A stretch of 64,000 bases of DNA from Acidobacteriota bacterium (GTDB taxonomy: Bacteria; Acidobacteriota; JBCCFW01). How positions within the stretch are numbered: the first letter of the stretch is position 1; every line of letters starts with the position of its first letter. Below the pieces are notes generated by a model. It was not told where the DNA came from. It saw nothing but the letters and a program-made list of their open reading frames with translations, and ran no database searches. The DNA lies in assembly GCA_039029535.1 (NCBI GenBank), contig JBCCFW010000006.1:26429-90428 (forward strand), written 5' to 3'. Position numbers and translations under genes: made by a program. Below are positions 27,704 through 36,267 of this stretch, piece by piece.

Positions 27704-29977
27704 ATGACCGCCAAGCTGACCCTGTCGTTCCTCAGTCTCACCCTGCTCGCGTCCACGGCCTGGTCACTCGACTGGACCGTCCATCAGCTCACCGCCGGGC
27801 ACGCCCTCGACGGGACCGCTGACCTCACGCTCGCTCCCGACGGCCAACCCGCCGTCGTCGTCGGGGGCTCGGTCCTGCGCTACCACCGCTTCGACGGGAC
27901 CGGCTGGCACGAAGAGCTCATCCACGATGCGACCTGCGGACAGGTCGACCCCGTCTTGATCTTCGACGATGCCGGTGAGCCCATCGTCGCCTGGCACGAC
28001 CAGGGTGACGACGTCGTGCGGCTGGCACGCCGAGGTCCGGCCGGCTGGTCCTCCGAGGTCGTCGCCGACGTCGTGGGTCGGGCGCGACCCAGCCTCGAGC
28101 TCGACGCCGCGGGCCAGATCGCCGTGGGTCATGCGACCTTCGAGCCTCAGTGCATCCCGCGAGTGTCGCGGGAGACTCCGGGCGGCTGGACCACCCGCGT
28201 GCTCGACGACGACCTGGAAGCGCAGCTCGTGGAGTGCTGGCCCTCGCTGACCCGCACCACCGCCGGGACCGTCGCCGCTGCCTGGGCAGGACGAACGGTG
28301 CTGCTGATCGAGGACGTCGACACGCCCGAGATCGAGCCCGTGGAGATCGGCGGCTGGTCCGCTCAGACGACGGCCACGCGGCTGACCCGCGATCGTCACG
28401 GAACCCTGCACGTGACCTGGCAGGGCTGGGGTCACACCGGTCGGTGGGGTCGCTTGTTCCGCCAGTTCTCCTCGAACTGGGTCGAGGAGCAGGACCTGCC
28501 ATTCGGCGAGGGCCTGCCCGAGGTCGTCTTCCCCTCTCGTGGTGGCGTGGTCGTCACCGGCGTCTTGGACCGCGAGCAAGGCTCGAGGTTCTTCGAGAGC
28601 CCCTGGGGCTCCTACACCTTCACCGACCGACGTCTCGTCGCGCTCGCCAGCCGCCCGGACATCGAGCGTCACCACGCGGTCTACTTCGACGAGACGACCG
28701 CGACCCTCCAGGTCGAGCAGTTCCTGGTCAGCGCCAGCCTCGGGATCGAGGTGCAGCGTCTGGACGTCCTGGCCAGCAGCGAGGACATCGGAAGCGGCCC
28801 GACCCTGGCGGTCACGCCCGACGGTCGACTGGGGCTGGCCAGCGGCGGCGGCGGACTCGTCCATCTCAGCCGCCTCGAGGACGACACCTGGACGACCGAG
28901 CCTCTGCCCGACACCGGGGACTTCCTCGAGGGGTTGACCCTCGTCTTCGACGCCAGCAGCGAGCCGGTCCTGCTTCACGGGGCACGCTCGGAGACGACGC
29001 CCGCCTACCGCGACCTGGTGTTGCGTCGGATCGTCGACGGTGAGGTCCGTCATCATCGCTGGGAAACCTTCGGCCGCCGCGTCGACCTGCAATGGACCGG
29101 CAACCGACCGGGGCTCACTCTCGACCGAAGCGGTCGACCGGTCGTGAGCGCCGACGCCACCTGGCGTCTCGGAGCCGACGGTGAGTGGTCCGACGGCGCC
29201 CCGTACTCCCAGTACGATGCAGACCTCGCCATCGACGAAGACGGTCGCGTCGTGGCCTGTCCGCTCACTCGCTTCGGCGGCGGCCTTCAGTTCGACCCGC
29301 AACCGACGCACGAACCGCCGGAGATCAGCAGTGGTTGCCGGACTGCGCTCGACGACGGCCGCGTCCTCATCGCAGCCAGGCGAGTCCCGACCGGCCTGGA
29401 CCTGATTCGGGAAGGCCCGGAGGGCTGGGTGAGCGAGACCGTCACCGAGCGCCTCGACCGGGACGCTGCCTTCCGGGTTACCGTCGACGAGCACGGCCGT
29501 CCGCTGGTCGCCTACCGCGTCGACGGTCTCCCGCAGCTCGCACGCTGGACCCTCGACGGCTGGGTGAGCGAGCCCATCGACGGTCCCGCCGGAGACGAGC
29601 TCCTGGACGACGGCCTGGCGCTCGCCGTGGTCGGCGACCAGGTGGCCGTCGCTCTCCACGCGCGGGACGAGGACTGCCGACAGGGACCACGAGTCGTGAT
29701 GGCTGAGCTCGACGACTCCGAGCTGTGGTCACTCCATCGCTGGAGCCTGGTGGAGCCTCGACTCCTCGCCCCTCCCACCCTTCCCGACCAGGACGAGACC
29801 GCAGCGTGGCCGACCGCGCTCGGTCCTCCCGGAGCGAGGGTGCGAGACACGCTCGACGCGACGCCACTGCAGCTCTACACCGTGCGCGAACGCGGCACGC
29901 CCGCAGCCGGAGTCGTGCTCCGTCTCACCAAGCTCGGCGAAGACGAAATCGCGCTCGGCGTGGAGCCGCTCGACTAG
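27704..29977 (+). CDS. Secreted beta-propeller repeat protein, paralog 2
   Basis: GGAGG RBS; signal peptide (STAWS-LDW); collinear with paralog 1 (LDGTAD, GGSVLRY, CWPSL, ELWSLHRWS). Confidence 0.8.
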   Translation: MTAKLTLSFLSLTLLASTAWSLDWTVHQLTAGHALDGTADLTLAPDGQPAVVVGGSVLRYHRFDGTGWHEELIHDATCGQVDPVLIFDDAGEPIVAWHDQGDDVVRLARRGPAGWSSEVVADVVGRARPSLELDAAGQIAVGHATFEPQCIPRVSRETPGGWTTRVLDDDLEAQLVECWPSLTRTTAGTVAAAWAGRTVLLIEDVDTPEIEPVEIGGWSAQTTATRLTRDRHGTLHVTWQGWGHTGRWGRLFRQFSSNWVEEQDLPFGEGLPEVVFPSRGGVVVTGVLDREQGSRFFESPWGSYTFTDRRLVALASRPDIERHHAVYFDETTATLQVEQFLVSASLGIEVQRLDVLASSEDIGSGPTLAVTPDGRLGLASGGGGLVHLSRLEDDTWTTEPLPDTGDFLEGLTLVFDASSEPVLLHGARSETTPAYRDLVLRRIVDGEVRHHRWETFGRRVDLQWTGNRPGLTLDRSGRPVVSADATWRLGADGEWSDGAPYSQYDADLAIDEDGRVVACPLTRFGGGLQFDPQPTHEPPEISSGCRTALDDGRVLIAARRVPTGLDLIREGPEGWVSETVTERLDRDAAFRVTVDEHGRPLVAYRVDGLPQLARWTLDGWVSEPIDGPAGDELLDDGLALAVVGDQVAVALHARDEDCRQGPRVVMAELDDSELWSLHRWSLVEPRLLAPPTLPDQDETAAWPTALGPPGARVRDTLDATPLQLYTVRERGTPAAGVVLRLTKLGEDEIALGVEPLD

Positions 29978-29993
29978 CAGGCCCGGACGCGGC

Positions 29994-32270
29994 CTACTTC
30001 ATGCAGACGGCGCGGATCTGATCGAGCGTCGTCTTGGCGTGCACCGCCTTGAAGATGCCGTCCTGGAGCAGGGTGGTCATCCCCTCCTTCACCGCCTGGT
30101 TGTGGAGGTCGGCCACCGGCTCCTTGTTGGCGATCATCTCGGTCATCCTCTCGCTCGTGACGAGCAGCTCGTGGATGCCCATTCGTCCGCGGAAGCCACC
30201 GCCGGCACAGGAATCACAGCTCCCGGGGCGGCCGAACTGCGTCTCGGGGCCGTACTGGTAGTTCAGCCGCGCGAAGTCTTCGGGACCATAGGTCTCGACC
30301 AGGTCGTTGAACTCCGCCTGGTCGGGCTGGTAGAGCTCGACGCAGTCCTTGCAGACCGTCCGGACGAGACGCTGGGCGAGGATGCCGAGCAGCGCATCAG
30401 CGAAGCTGAACGGATCGCTCTCCATGTCGAGGAGACGGGTGATGGGCTCGGCCGCCGAGTGGGGGTGCAGCGTGGAGAAGACCAAGTGACCGGTGAGCGA
30501 GGCTTCGATGCCCGTCTGGGTGGTCTCCCGGTCACACATCTCGCCGACCATGATGATGTCGGGGTCGGCACGGAGGAAGGCGCGCATGGCTGCGGCGAAG
30601 GTCAGGCCGATCTTCGCGTGCATCTGCACCTGCCGAAGACCCTTCTGCGTGATCTCGACCGGGTCCTCCGCGGTCCAGATCTTGCGGTCGACCTTGTTGA
30701 TGTAGCCCAGGCTCGAGTGGAGCGTGGTCGTCTTGCCCGAACCCGTCGGTCCCACGACCAGGCAGAGCCCGTAGGGCTTGGTGATGCAGTCGTCGACCCA
30801 CTCCTTGTAGTTGCGGTCGTTGAAGCCCATCTTGTCCAGCGGGATCGGCTTCGAGCTCGCCAGGATTCTCATGACGATGTCTTCGTTGCCGCCGGTGGTG
30901 GGGATGGTCGCGACACGCAGCTCCAGGCCGCCCTTCTTGGTGTTGAAGCGGATCTTGCCGTCCTGCGGCTTGCGCTTCTCGGCGATGTCGAGCCGGCTCA
31001 TGATCTTGAAGCGCGACACGAGGGCCTGGCGGAACTCCGCCGGCACCTCCTTGTAGACCGTGCAGGCACCGTCCGTGCGGAACCGGATCATCACCGGATC
31101 CTTGTCGCCGTTGGGCTCGATGTGGATGTCGGACGCGCCCATCTTGTAGGCGTCACGGACGACCTTGTTGGCCAGCTTGACGACCTCGTTGTCGTCCTCG
31201 CCCTTGTCGGGGTCGTCATCGTCTTGATCCTCGACCGGCGTGAGATCGTCGGCGTCGAGATCGAACTCGTCTTCGTCGTCATCATCGATGTCGACGACCT
31301 CGCCGAAGTTCTTGTCGATGAAGCCGATGATGTCCTCGGCCAGGGCGACGAGCATCTCGATCTTCGGCGAGATGTTGGTGGCCTGAATGGCATCGACCTT
31401 GGTGAGGTCGTGGGGGTCGGTGATGGCGATGAGGACGGCCTTGCCGTCACGCCCGACCGGCGCCCAGTTGTTCTTGCGGAGGAACTCGTGGTTGAGCTTG
31501 CCCTTGAGGTCGACCGGGAGCTCTTCCTCGCCGGTGAACTGCCAGGACGGGACCGCATAGAACTTGCTGAGCGACTGGAGGATGTCGCCCTTCTGGACCT
31601 TGCCCTTGTCGAGGAGGATGGCCTCGATGGAGCAGTTCTTCATCCGGGCTTCGCCGGCGGCCTGCTGGATCTCCTGCTCGGAGACCGAGCCCTTGGCGAT
31701 GAGGAGGCCGTACTTGCTCGGCTTGGTCGAGCTGCTCGTCTTGTTCTGGTTGAAGAAGGCGATGCCGATGGTCTTGGCGATCTCCTCCAGGCCGGCGACC
31801 TCTTCCTGACTGAACGCGCCCACCTGCGGCCGGTTGATGAGCTGGATCACTCCGAGGAGGTACTTCTCGAAGTTGATCGGGACCGAGAGCACCTGACGCG
31901 TGCGGAAGTTGGTCTTCTTGTCCCAGCTCGGGTCGAAGGCGAGCTTGGGGTGGAGCCGCTTGAGCTCACCGTCGTCGTAGGCGTCGGTGACGTTGACCGT
32001 CCGACGCGAGAGCCCGCAGAAGCCGGCCAAGGAGGTGAAGGTCTTGGGGACCCGGATCTCCTTGAGCTGCGTGCCCGTGTTCGTGACCGAGTAGAGCTGC
32101 TGGTTCTTGGTGTCCAGCGCGTAGATCGTCAGCCGCTCGGCGGCGAACAGCGCCTGGATGTCGTCCTTGAGGCCGACGATGATGTCCCGCGTGCTGGGAG
32201 CGGCGTGGATCTTGTTGACCACGTCGAGCATCCGCGACTGGAACGGGGTGTTGGCCGGGCTGGTCGCCAT
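29994..32270 (-). CDS. GspE/PilB-family secretion ATPase with N-terminal GAF domain
   Basis: GAF (FDPSWDKKTNFRTRQVLSVP..GVIQLIN), ASDIHIEP, KPQDGKI, GPTGSGKTTT, TAEDPVE, CxxC pairs. Confidence 0.92.
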   Translation of the reverse strand: MATSPANTPFQSRMLDVVNKIHAAPSTRDIIVGLKDDIQALFAAERLTIYALDTKNQQLYSVTNTGTQLKEIRVPKTFTSLAGFCGLSRRTVNVTDAYDDGELKRLHPKLAFDPSWDKKTNFRTRQVLSVPINFEKYLLGVIQLINRPQVGAFSQEEVAGLEEIAKTIGIAFFNQNKTSSSTKPSKYGLLIAKGSVSEQEIQQAAGEARMKNCSIEAILLDKGKVQKGDILQSLSKFYAVPSWQFTGEEELPVDLKGKLNHEFLRKNNWAPVGRDGKAVLIAITDPHDLTKVDAIQATNISPKIEMLVALAEDIIGFIDKNFGEVVDIDDDDEDEFDLDADDLTPVEDQDDDDPDKGEDDNEVVKLANKVVRDAYKMGASDIHIEPNGDKDPVMIRFRTDGACTVYKEVPAEFRQALVSRFKIMSRLDIAEKRKPQDGKIRFNTKKGGLELRVATIPTTGGNEDIVMRILASSKPIPLDKMGFNDRNYKEWVDDCITKPYGLCLVVGPTGSGKTTTLHSSLGYINKVDRKIWTAEDPVEITQKGLRQVQMHAKIGLTFAAAMRAFLRADPDIIMVGEMCDRETTQTGIEASLTGHLVFSTLHPHSAAEPITRLLDMESDPFSFADALLGILAQRLVRTVCKDCVELYQPDQAEFNDLVETYGPEDFARLNYQYGPETQFGRPGSCDSCAGGGFRGRMGIHELLVTSERMTEMIANKEPVADLHNQAVKEGMTTLLQDGIFKAVHAKTTLDQIRAVCMK

Positions 32271-32417
32271 GGGACTTCTCCTGAGCTGTCGACGACGGCT
32301 CCGTCGCCGCAGGCTGCGGGCAGGCCACGAGATTCCGTTCCCCCCGAGGGATCACCGACGGCTGGGCTCGTGGCAGGCGGGCATTCTAGAACACTGACCG
32401 CCCCCAAATCCCCCACC

Positions 32418-33059
32418 TCAGCGTGGCGGCGGCTGGCTTCGGATGCGCAGGAAGGTCCAGGTCCGGACCTCGTCGCCGCCCTCGGCGGGGGTCTCCACCA
32501 TCTCCCCCACCTCGAGACGCCCGTCGGCCAGGACGACCTCGTTGCGCACGAGCGGGGCGAGGCTTCCCGGACAGCCCGCCTTCAGCGAGCGCCCGGACAG
32601 GTGGTCGCCGCGATCCGAGAGCATGACCCCGCAGTCGCGCTCGATGTCGAGGTCGCGGGGCGCCAGCGGCCTGAACGACGCCGGACGCAGCCAGGCCCAG
32701 ACCACCCCCGCGCCGTCCTCGGGCAGGCGATAGACGTCGCGTCGCACGCGGCCATCGCCGGTCTGGGTGAGGCGCCAGACCGCCTGGTAGTCGGGCTGGT
32801 CCAGGGCGTCGACCGGGGCGGACTCGAGATAGAGCCAGGGTCCGTCGACCCGATGTGCCCAGACGTGCAGCACGACCAACCGTCGGGGCGTGTCGTGGTC
32901 GAAGGAGATGAAGGTGCCCGGCATCATCCGACCGGCGCGCTCGAGGAGGAGCCGACCGGGCGACGCGGTGCGGGTCCGTCGGGCCGAGACGTCGGTGGCG
33001 ACGGGCCCGAGGAGGACCAGGGCGAGCGCGAAGAGACCGAGCGACGTGCGGAGACTCAC
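32418..33059 (-). CDS. CpcT/CpeT chromophore-lyase-like protein with signal peptide
   Basis: GPWLYLESA...DQPDYQAVWRL...DCGVML...GCP pattern typical of T-type lyase barrels; GTGA-coupled to uppS. Confidence 0.6.
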   Translation of the reverse strand: MSLRTSLGLFALALVLLGPVATDVSARRTRTASPGRLLLERAGRMMPGTFISFDHDTPRRLVVLHVWAHRVDGPWLYLESAPVDALDQPDYQAVWRLTQTGDGRVRRDVYRLPEDGAGVVWAWLRPASFRPLAPRDLDIERDCGVMLSDRGDHLSGRSLKAGCPGSLAPLVRNEVVLADGRLEVGEMVETPAEGGDEVRTWTFLRIRSQPPPR

Positions 33060-33838
33060 GAGGTCTCTTCGGAGAGCCCCCCGTAGCGGCGATCGCGTCC
33101 CTGGAAGTCGGCGATGGCTGCGAAGAGGTGACGCTTGCGGAAGTCCGGCCAGAGGGTCGGGGTGACGTGCAGCTCGGCGTAGGCCGCCTGCCAGAGCAGG
33201 AAGTTCGACAGCCGGAGCTCGCCGGAGGTGCGGATGACGAGGTCGGGGTCGGGCTGCCCGGCGGTGTAGAGCTCGTCGGCGAAGGAGTCCTCGGTGATCG
33301 GCCCGGAGAGCTCGCCCGCCTCGCGTCGCGCCAGGAGCCGGTTGGCGGCGTCGACGATCTCGGTGCGCGAGCCGTAGGACAAGGCGACGTTGAAGATCAT
33401 CCCCTGGTTGTCGCGGGTCGACGTGGTCGCCCGCTCGAGCTCCTCCTGAACGGGCAGCGGGAGATCGCCGGGACGGCCGATGGCCTGGAAGCGGATGTCG
33501 TTCTCTTCGAGGGTCTTGACCTCGCCGCGGAGGTACTCGACCAGGAGCCCCATGAGGGTCTCGATCTCGCGGGGCGGCCGCTTCCAGTTCTCACGCGAGA
33601 AGGCGTAGAGCGTGAGGACGCCGACCCCCAGCCGAGCCGAGGTCTCGACGACCTCCCGGACGGAGATCAGGCCCTGGCGATGCCCGAAGACCCGAGGCCG
33701 GCGGCGCTGGGCGGCCCAGCGTCCGTTGCCGTCCATGATGACGGCGACGTGGCGGGGCAGCCGGTCCATGTCGAGACGCGCGAGGAGCTCGGCCTCCTCG
33801 CTCCCGGGCTCGACGATGTCACGCAGCTCTGGCTTCAC
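33056..33838 (-). CDS. uppS: Undecaprenyl diphosphate synthase
   Basis: PRHVAVIMDGNGRWA, YAFSRENWKRP, IRTSGELRLSNFLLWQ, RRYGG. Confidence 0.96.
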   Translation of the reverse strand: MKPELRDIVEPGSEEAELLARLDMDRLPRHVAVIMDGNGRWAAQRRRPRVFGHRQGLISVREVVETSARLGVGVLTLYAFSRENWKRPPREIETLMGLLVEYLRGEVKTLEENDIRFQAIGRPGDLPLPVQEELERATTSTRDNQGMIFNVALSYGSRTEIVDAANRLLARREAGELSGPITEDSFADELYTAGQPDPDLVIRTSGELRLSNFLLWQAAYAELHVTPTLWPDFRKRHLFAAIADFQGRDRRYGGLSEETS

Positions 33839-34137
33839 GGGCAGTCATGGGGGGCGTTGGGCTCGAAACGAGGCCCTGATGACCCGATCAGCATGCTAGC
33901 ACGGTCACGAGGCCGGTCGACCCTCCCGGAGATGGCGATTTCGTGACGATCTCGCCGCCTCCAGCAGCCCTGAGAACAGCCGAAAAGGGGCTCCAGGGTG
34001 CATGATGAGCGCCCTTCGGAGGGACACGAGCCGCGGACGAGGTCCGGCGGCGGGCACCCTCCACATCGTTCTCGCTGGATCGACGCGACGTCGTTTCAGT
34101 CCTCCGGCCGCACGTGGCGGCCGTGCCTGGAGCCCCC

Positions 34138-35934
34138 ATGTCCCCGCAGTCTCTTCCGAACGGCTCTCCCCTGATGGGTACCCTGCGAACCGCCTGGTGT
34201 GGCGAGCTGCGCAGCGATCACGTCGACACGACGGTGGCCCTCTGCGGCTGGGTCGATCGACGCCGAGACCTCGGGGGCCTGGTCTTCGTGGACCTGCGGG
34301 ATCGCAGCGGTCTCGCACAGGTGGTGGTCGAGCCCGAGAACGCCGAGGTCATGGAGGCCACGCGCGAGGTCCGGGCCGAGTTCGCCGTCCGCGTGGTCGG
34401 CCGCATCGTCGCGCGCGAGAAGCCCAACGCCGACCTCCCCACCGGTCAGGTCGAGATCCGCGCCGAGTCCTTCGAGGTGCTCTCGTCGAGCAAGGTGCCG
34501 CCCTTCGTGGTGGCCGACGACGCGCCGGCCAGCGAGGAGCTCCGGCTCAAGTACCGCTACCTCGACCTCCGTCGGCCGAGCATGCAAGAGATGCTGACCC
34601 TGCGTTCGCGCGCGGTCATGGCGGGTCGAGTGGCCCTGGCCGACGCCGGCCTGCTCGAGGTCGAGACGCCCATCCTCTTCAAGTCGACCCCCGAGGGCGC
34701 CCGCGACTACCTGGTCCCGAGCCGGGTGAACAACGGCAACTTCTACGCCCTCCCCCAGTCTCCTCAGGTCCTGAAGCAGGTCCTGATGATCTCGGGCTGT
34801 GACGGCTACTTCCAGATCGCGCGCTGCTTCCGCGACGAGGACCTGCGCGCCAACCGTCAGCCCGAGTTCACCCAGATGGACCTGGAGATCTCCTTCTGCA
34901 AGGAAGAAGACGTCTTCCGGGTGGCCGAGCGCTTCGTGCAGGCGGTGTGGGCCGCGGGCGGTCACGAGGTCACGCCCCCCTTCCAGGAGATGACCTGGGA
35001 GGAGGCCATGGAAAAGTACGGCTCGGACAAGCCCGACCTCCGCTTCGGGATGGAGCTCCAGGACCTCACCGAGCAGCTCGCAGGCGTCGGCTTTGGCGTG
35101 CTCGGCGAGGCGAAGTCCCGGGGCGACGTCATCAAGGCGATCCGCGTCGAGGGCGGCGCACGCTTCTCGCGCAAGCAGGTCGACGCCTTCACCGACAAGG
35201 CCAAGGCCGCCGGTGCCGGTGGCCTCTTGTGGATCAAGTGCGCCGAGGACGGCAGCTACAGCGGGCCGCCGGTCAAGCACCTCGAAGAGGATCAGCTCTC
35301 CGGCCTCGCCGAGACCCTGGGCGCCGCCGCCGGCGACCTGCTGCTCATGGTGGTGGGTCCGAAGAAGAAGGCGCGCACGGCCCTCGGCACCCTGCGGGTG
35401 CACCTGGGCGACGAGCTGGACCTGCGTCCGAAGGACCGCTTCGTCTTCACGTGGATCCGGGAGTTCCCCCTCTTCGAGGAGGACGAGAAGACCGGCGCCC
35501 TGGCGGCCGCGCACCACCCCTTCTGCATGCCGCATCCCGACGACGTGGAGCTGATGAAGACCGACCCGGCGAAGGTCCGCGCGCTCAGCTACGACCTGGC
35601 CTGCAACGGCGAGGAGCTGGGCTCGGGCTCCATCCGAATCCACCGGCAGGACATCCAGGCCCAGGTCTTCGACGGACTCGGGCTGACCCGCGAGCAGGCG
35701 CAGCAGAAGTTCGGCTTCTTCCTCGAGGCGCTCGAACACGGGGCACCGCCCCACGCCGGGATCGCGCTGGGGCTGGACCGGCTCATCATGCTCATCGCCG
35801 GCCGCGACAACCTGCGCGACGTCATCGCCTTCCCGAAGACGGCGTCGGCCACCGACCTCATGGCCGAGTGCCCGTCGGAGGTCACCACCGAGCAGCTCGA
35901 CGAGCTGGGGATCGCGGTGAAGAAACAGGGCTGA
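34138..35934 (+). CDS. aspS: Aspartate-tRNA ligase
   Basis: RRDLGGLVFVDLRD, TPEGARDYLVPSR, ALPQSPQ, RCFRDEDLR, PPHAGIALGLDR. Confidence 0.97.
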   Translation: MSPQSLPNGSPLMGTLRTAWCGELRSDHVDTTVALCGWVDRRRDLGGLVFVDLRDRSGLAQVVVEPENAEVMEATREVRAEFAVRVVGRIVAREKPNADLPTGQVEIRAESFEVLSSSKVPPFVVADDAPASEELRLKYRYLDLRRPSMQEMLTLRSRAVMAGRVALADAGLLEVETPILFKSTPEGARDYLVPSRVNNGNFYALPQSPQVLKQVLMISGCDGYFQIARCFRDEDLRANRQPEFTQMDLEISFCKEEDVFRVAERFVQAVWAAGGHEVTPPFQEMTWEEAMEKYGSDKPDLRFGMELQDLTEQLAGVGFGVLGEAKSRGDVIKAIRVEGGARFSRKQVDAFTDKAKAAGAGGLLWIKCAEDGSYSGPPVKHLEEDQLSGLAETLGAAAGDLLLMVVGPKKKARTALGTLRVHLGDELDLRPKDRFVFTWIREFPLFEEDEKTGALAAAHHPFCMPHPDDVELMKTDPAKVRALSYDLACNGEELGSGSIRIHRQDIQAQVFDGLGLTREQAQQKFGFFLEALEHGAPPHAGIALGLDRLIMLIAGRDNLRDVIAFPKTASATDLMAECPSEVTTEQLDELGIAVKKQG

Positions 35935-36260
35935 TGTCCGCTCGGGGGGAGGAGCGAAAGACCTCGACCCGACTCATGCAGGGCCTGCTCTACTGGGTCC
36001 TGGCCGAGCTGGTCGTCCTGGTGGCCCACGTGCTCACCGGAGACGCCCGGCTCGTCTTGCTCACTCCGGCCGCCGCTCTTCCCGGCTTGCTCTGGTGCAT
36101 CGGTGCCTTCATCGAGGAAGACACCGGGCATCGGGTGCCCGAGGAGCTGGGCCAGGCCTGGGCAGCCTCGGGGACCGGACAGCGGCGGCAGTGGGGAGTC
36201 GTCAGCGTCCTGCTCGTGCTGCTCTCGGCGTGGTGCCTCGTGACGTTCTTCGCCGGCTGA
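35934..36260 (+). CDS. Small membrane protein of unknown function
   Basis: TGATG overlap with the aspS stop; three hydrophobic segments. Confidence 0.6.
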   Translation: MSARGEERKTSTRLMQGLLYWVLAELVVLVAHVLTGDARLVLLTPAAALPGLLWCIGAFIEEDTGHRVPEELGQAWAASGTGQRRQWGVVSVLLVLLSAWCLVTFFAG

Positions 36261-36267
36261 GTCGCCC

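Noticed and set aside
30039-33086. 1015-aa plus-strand ORF and similar long antisense ORFs (146-1639, 3270-5018, 21023-23173, 46712-49171)
   Set aside because: Antisense shadows of well-supported genes, expected with high-GC codon bias.
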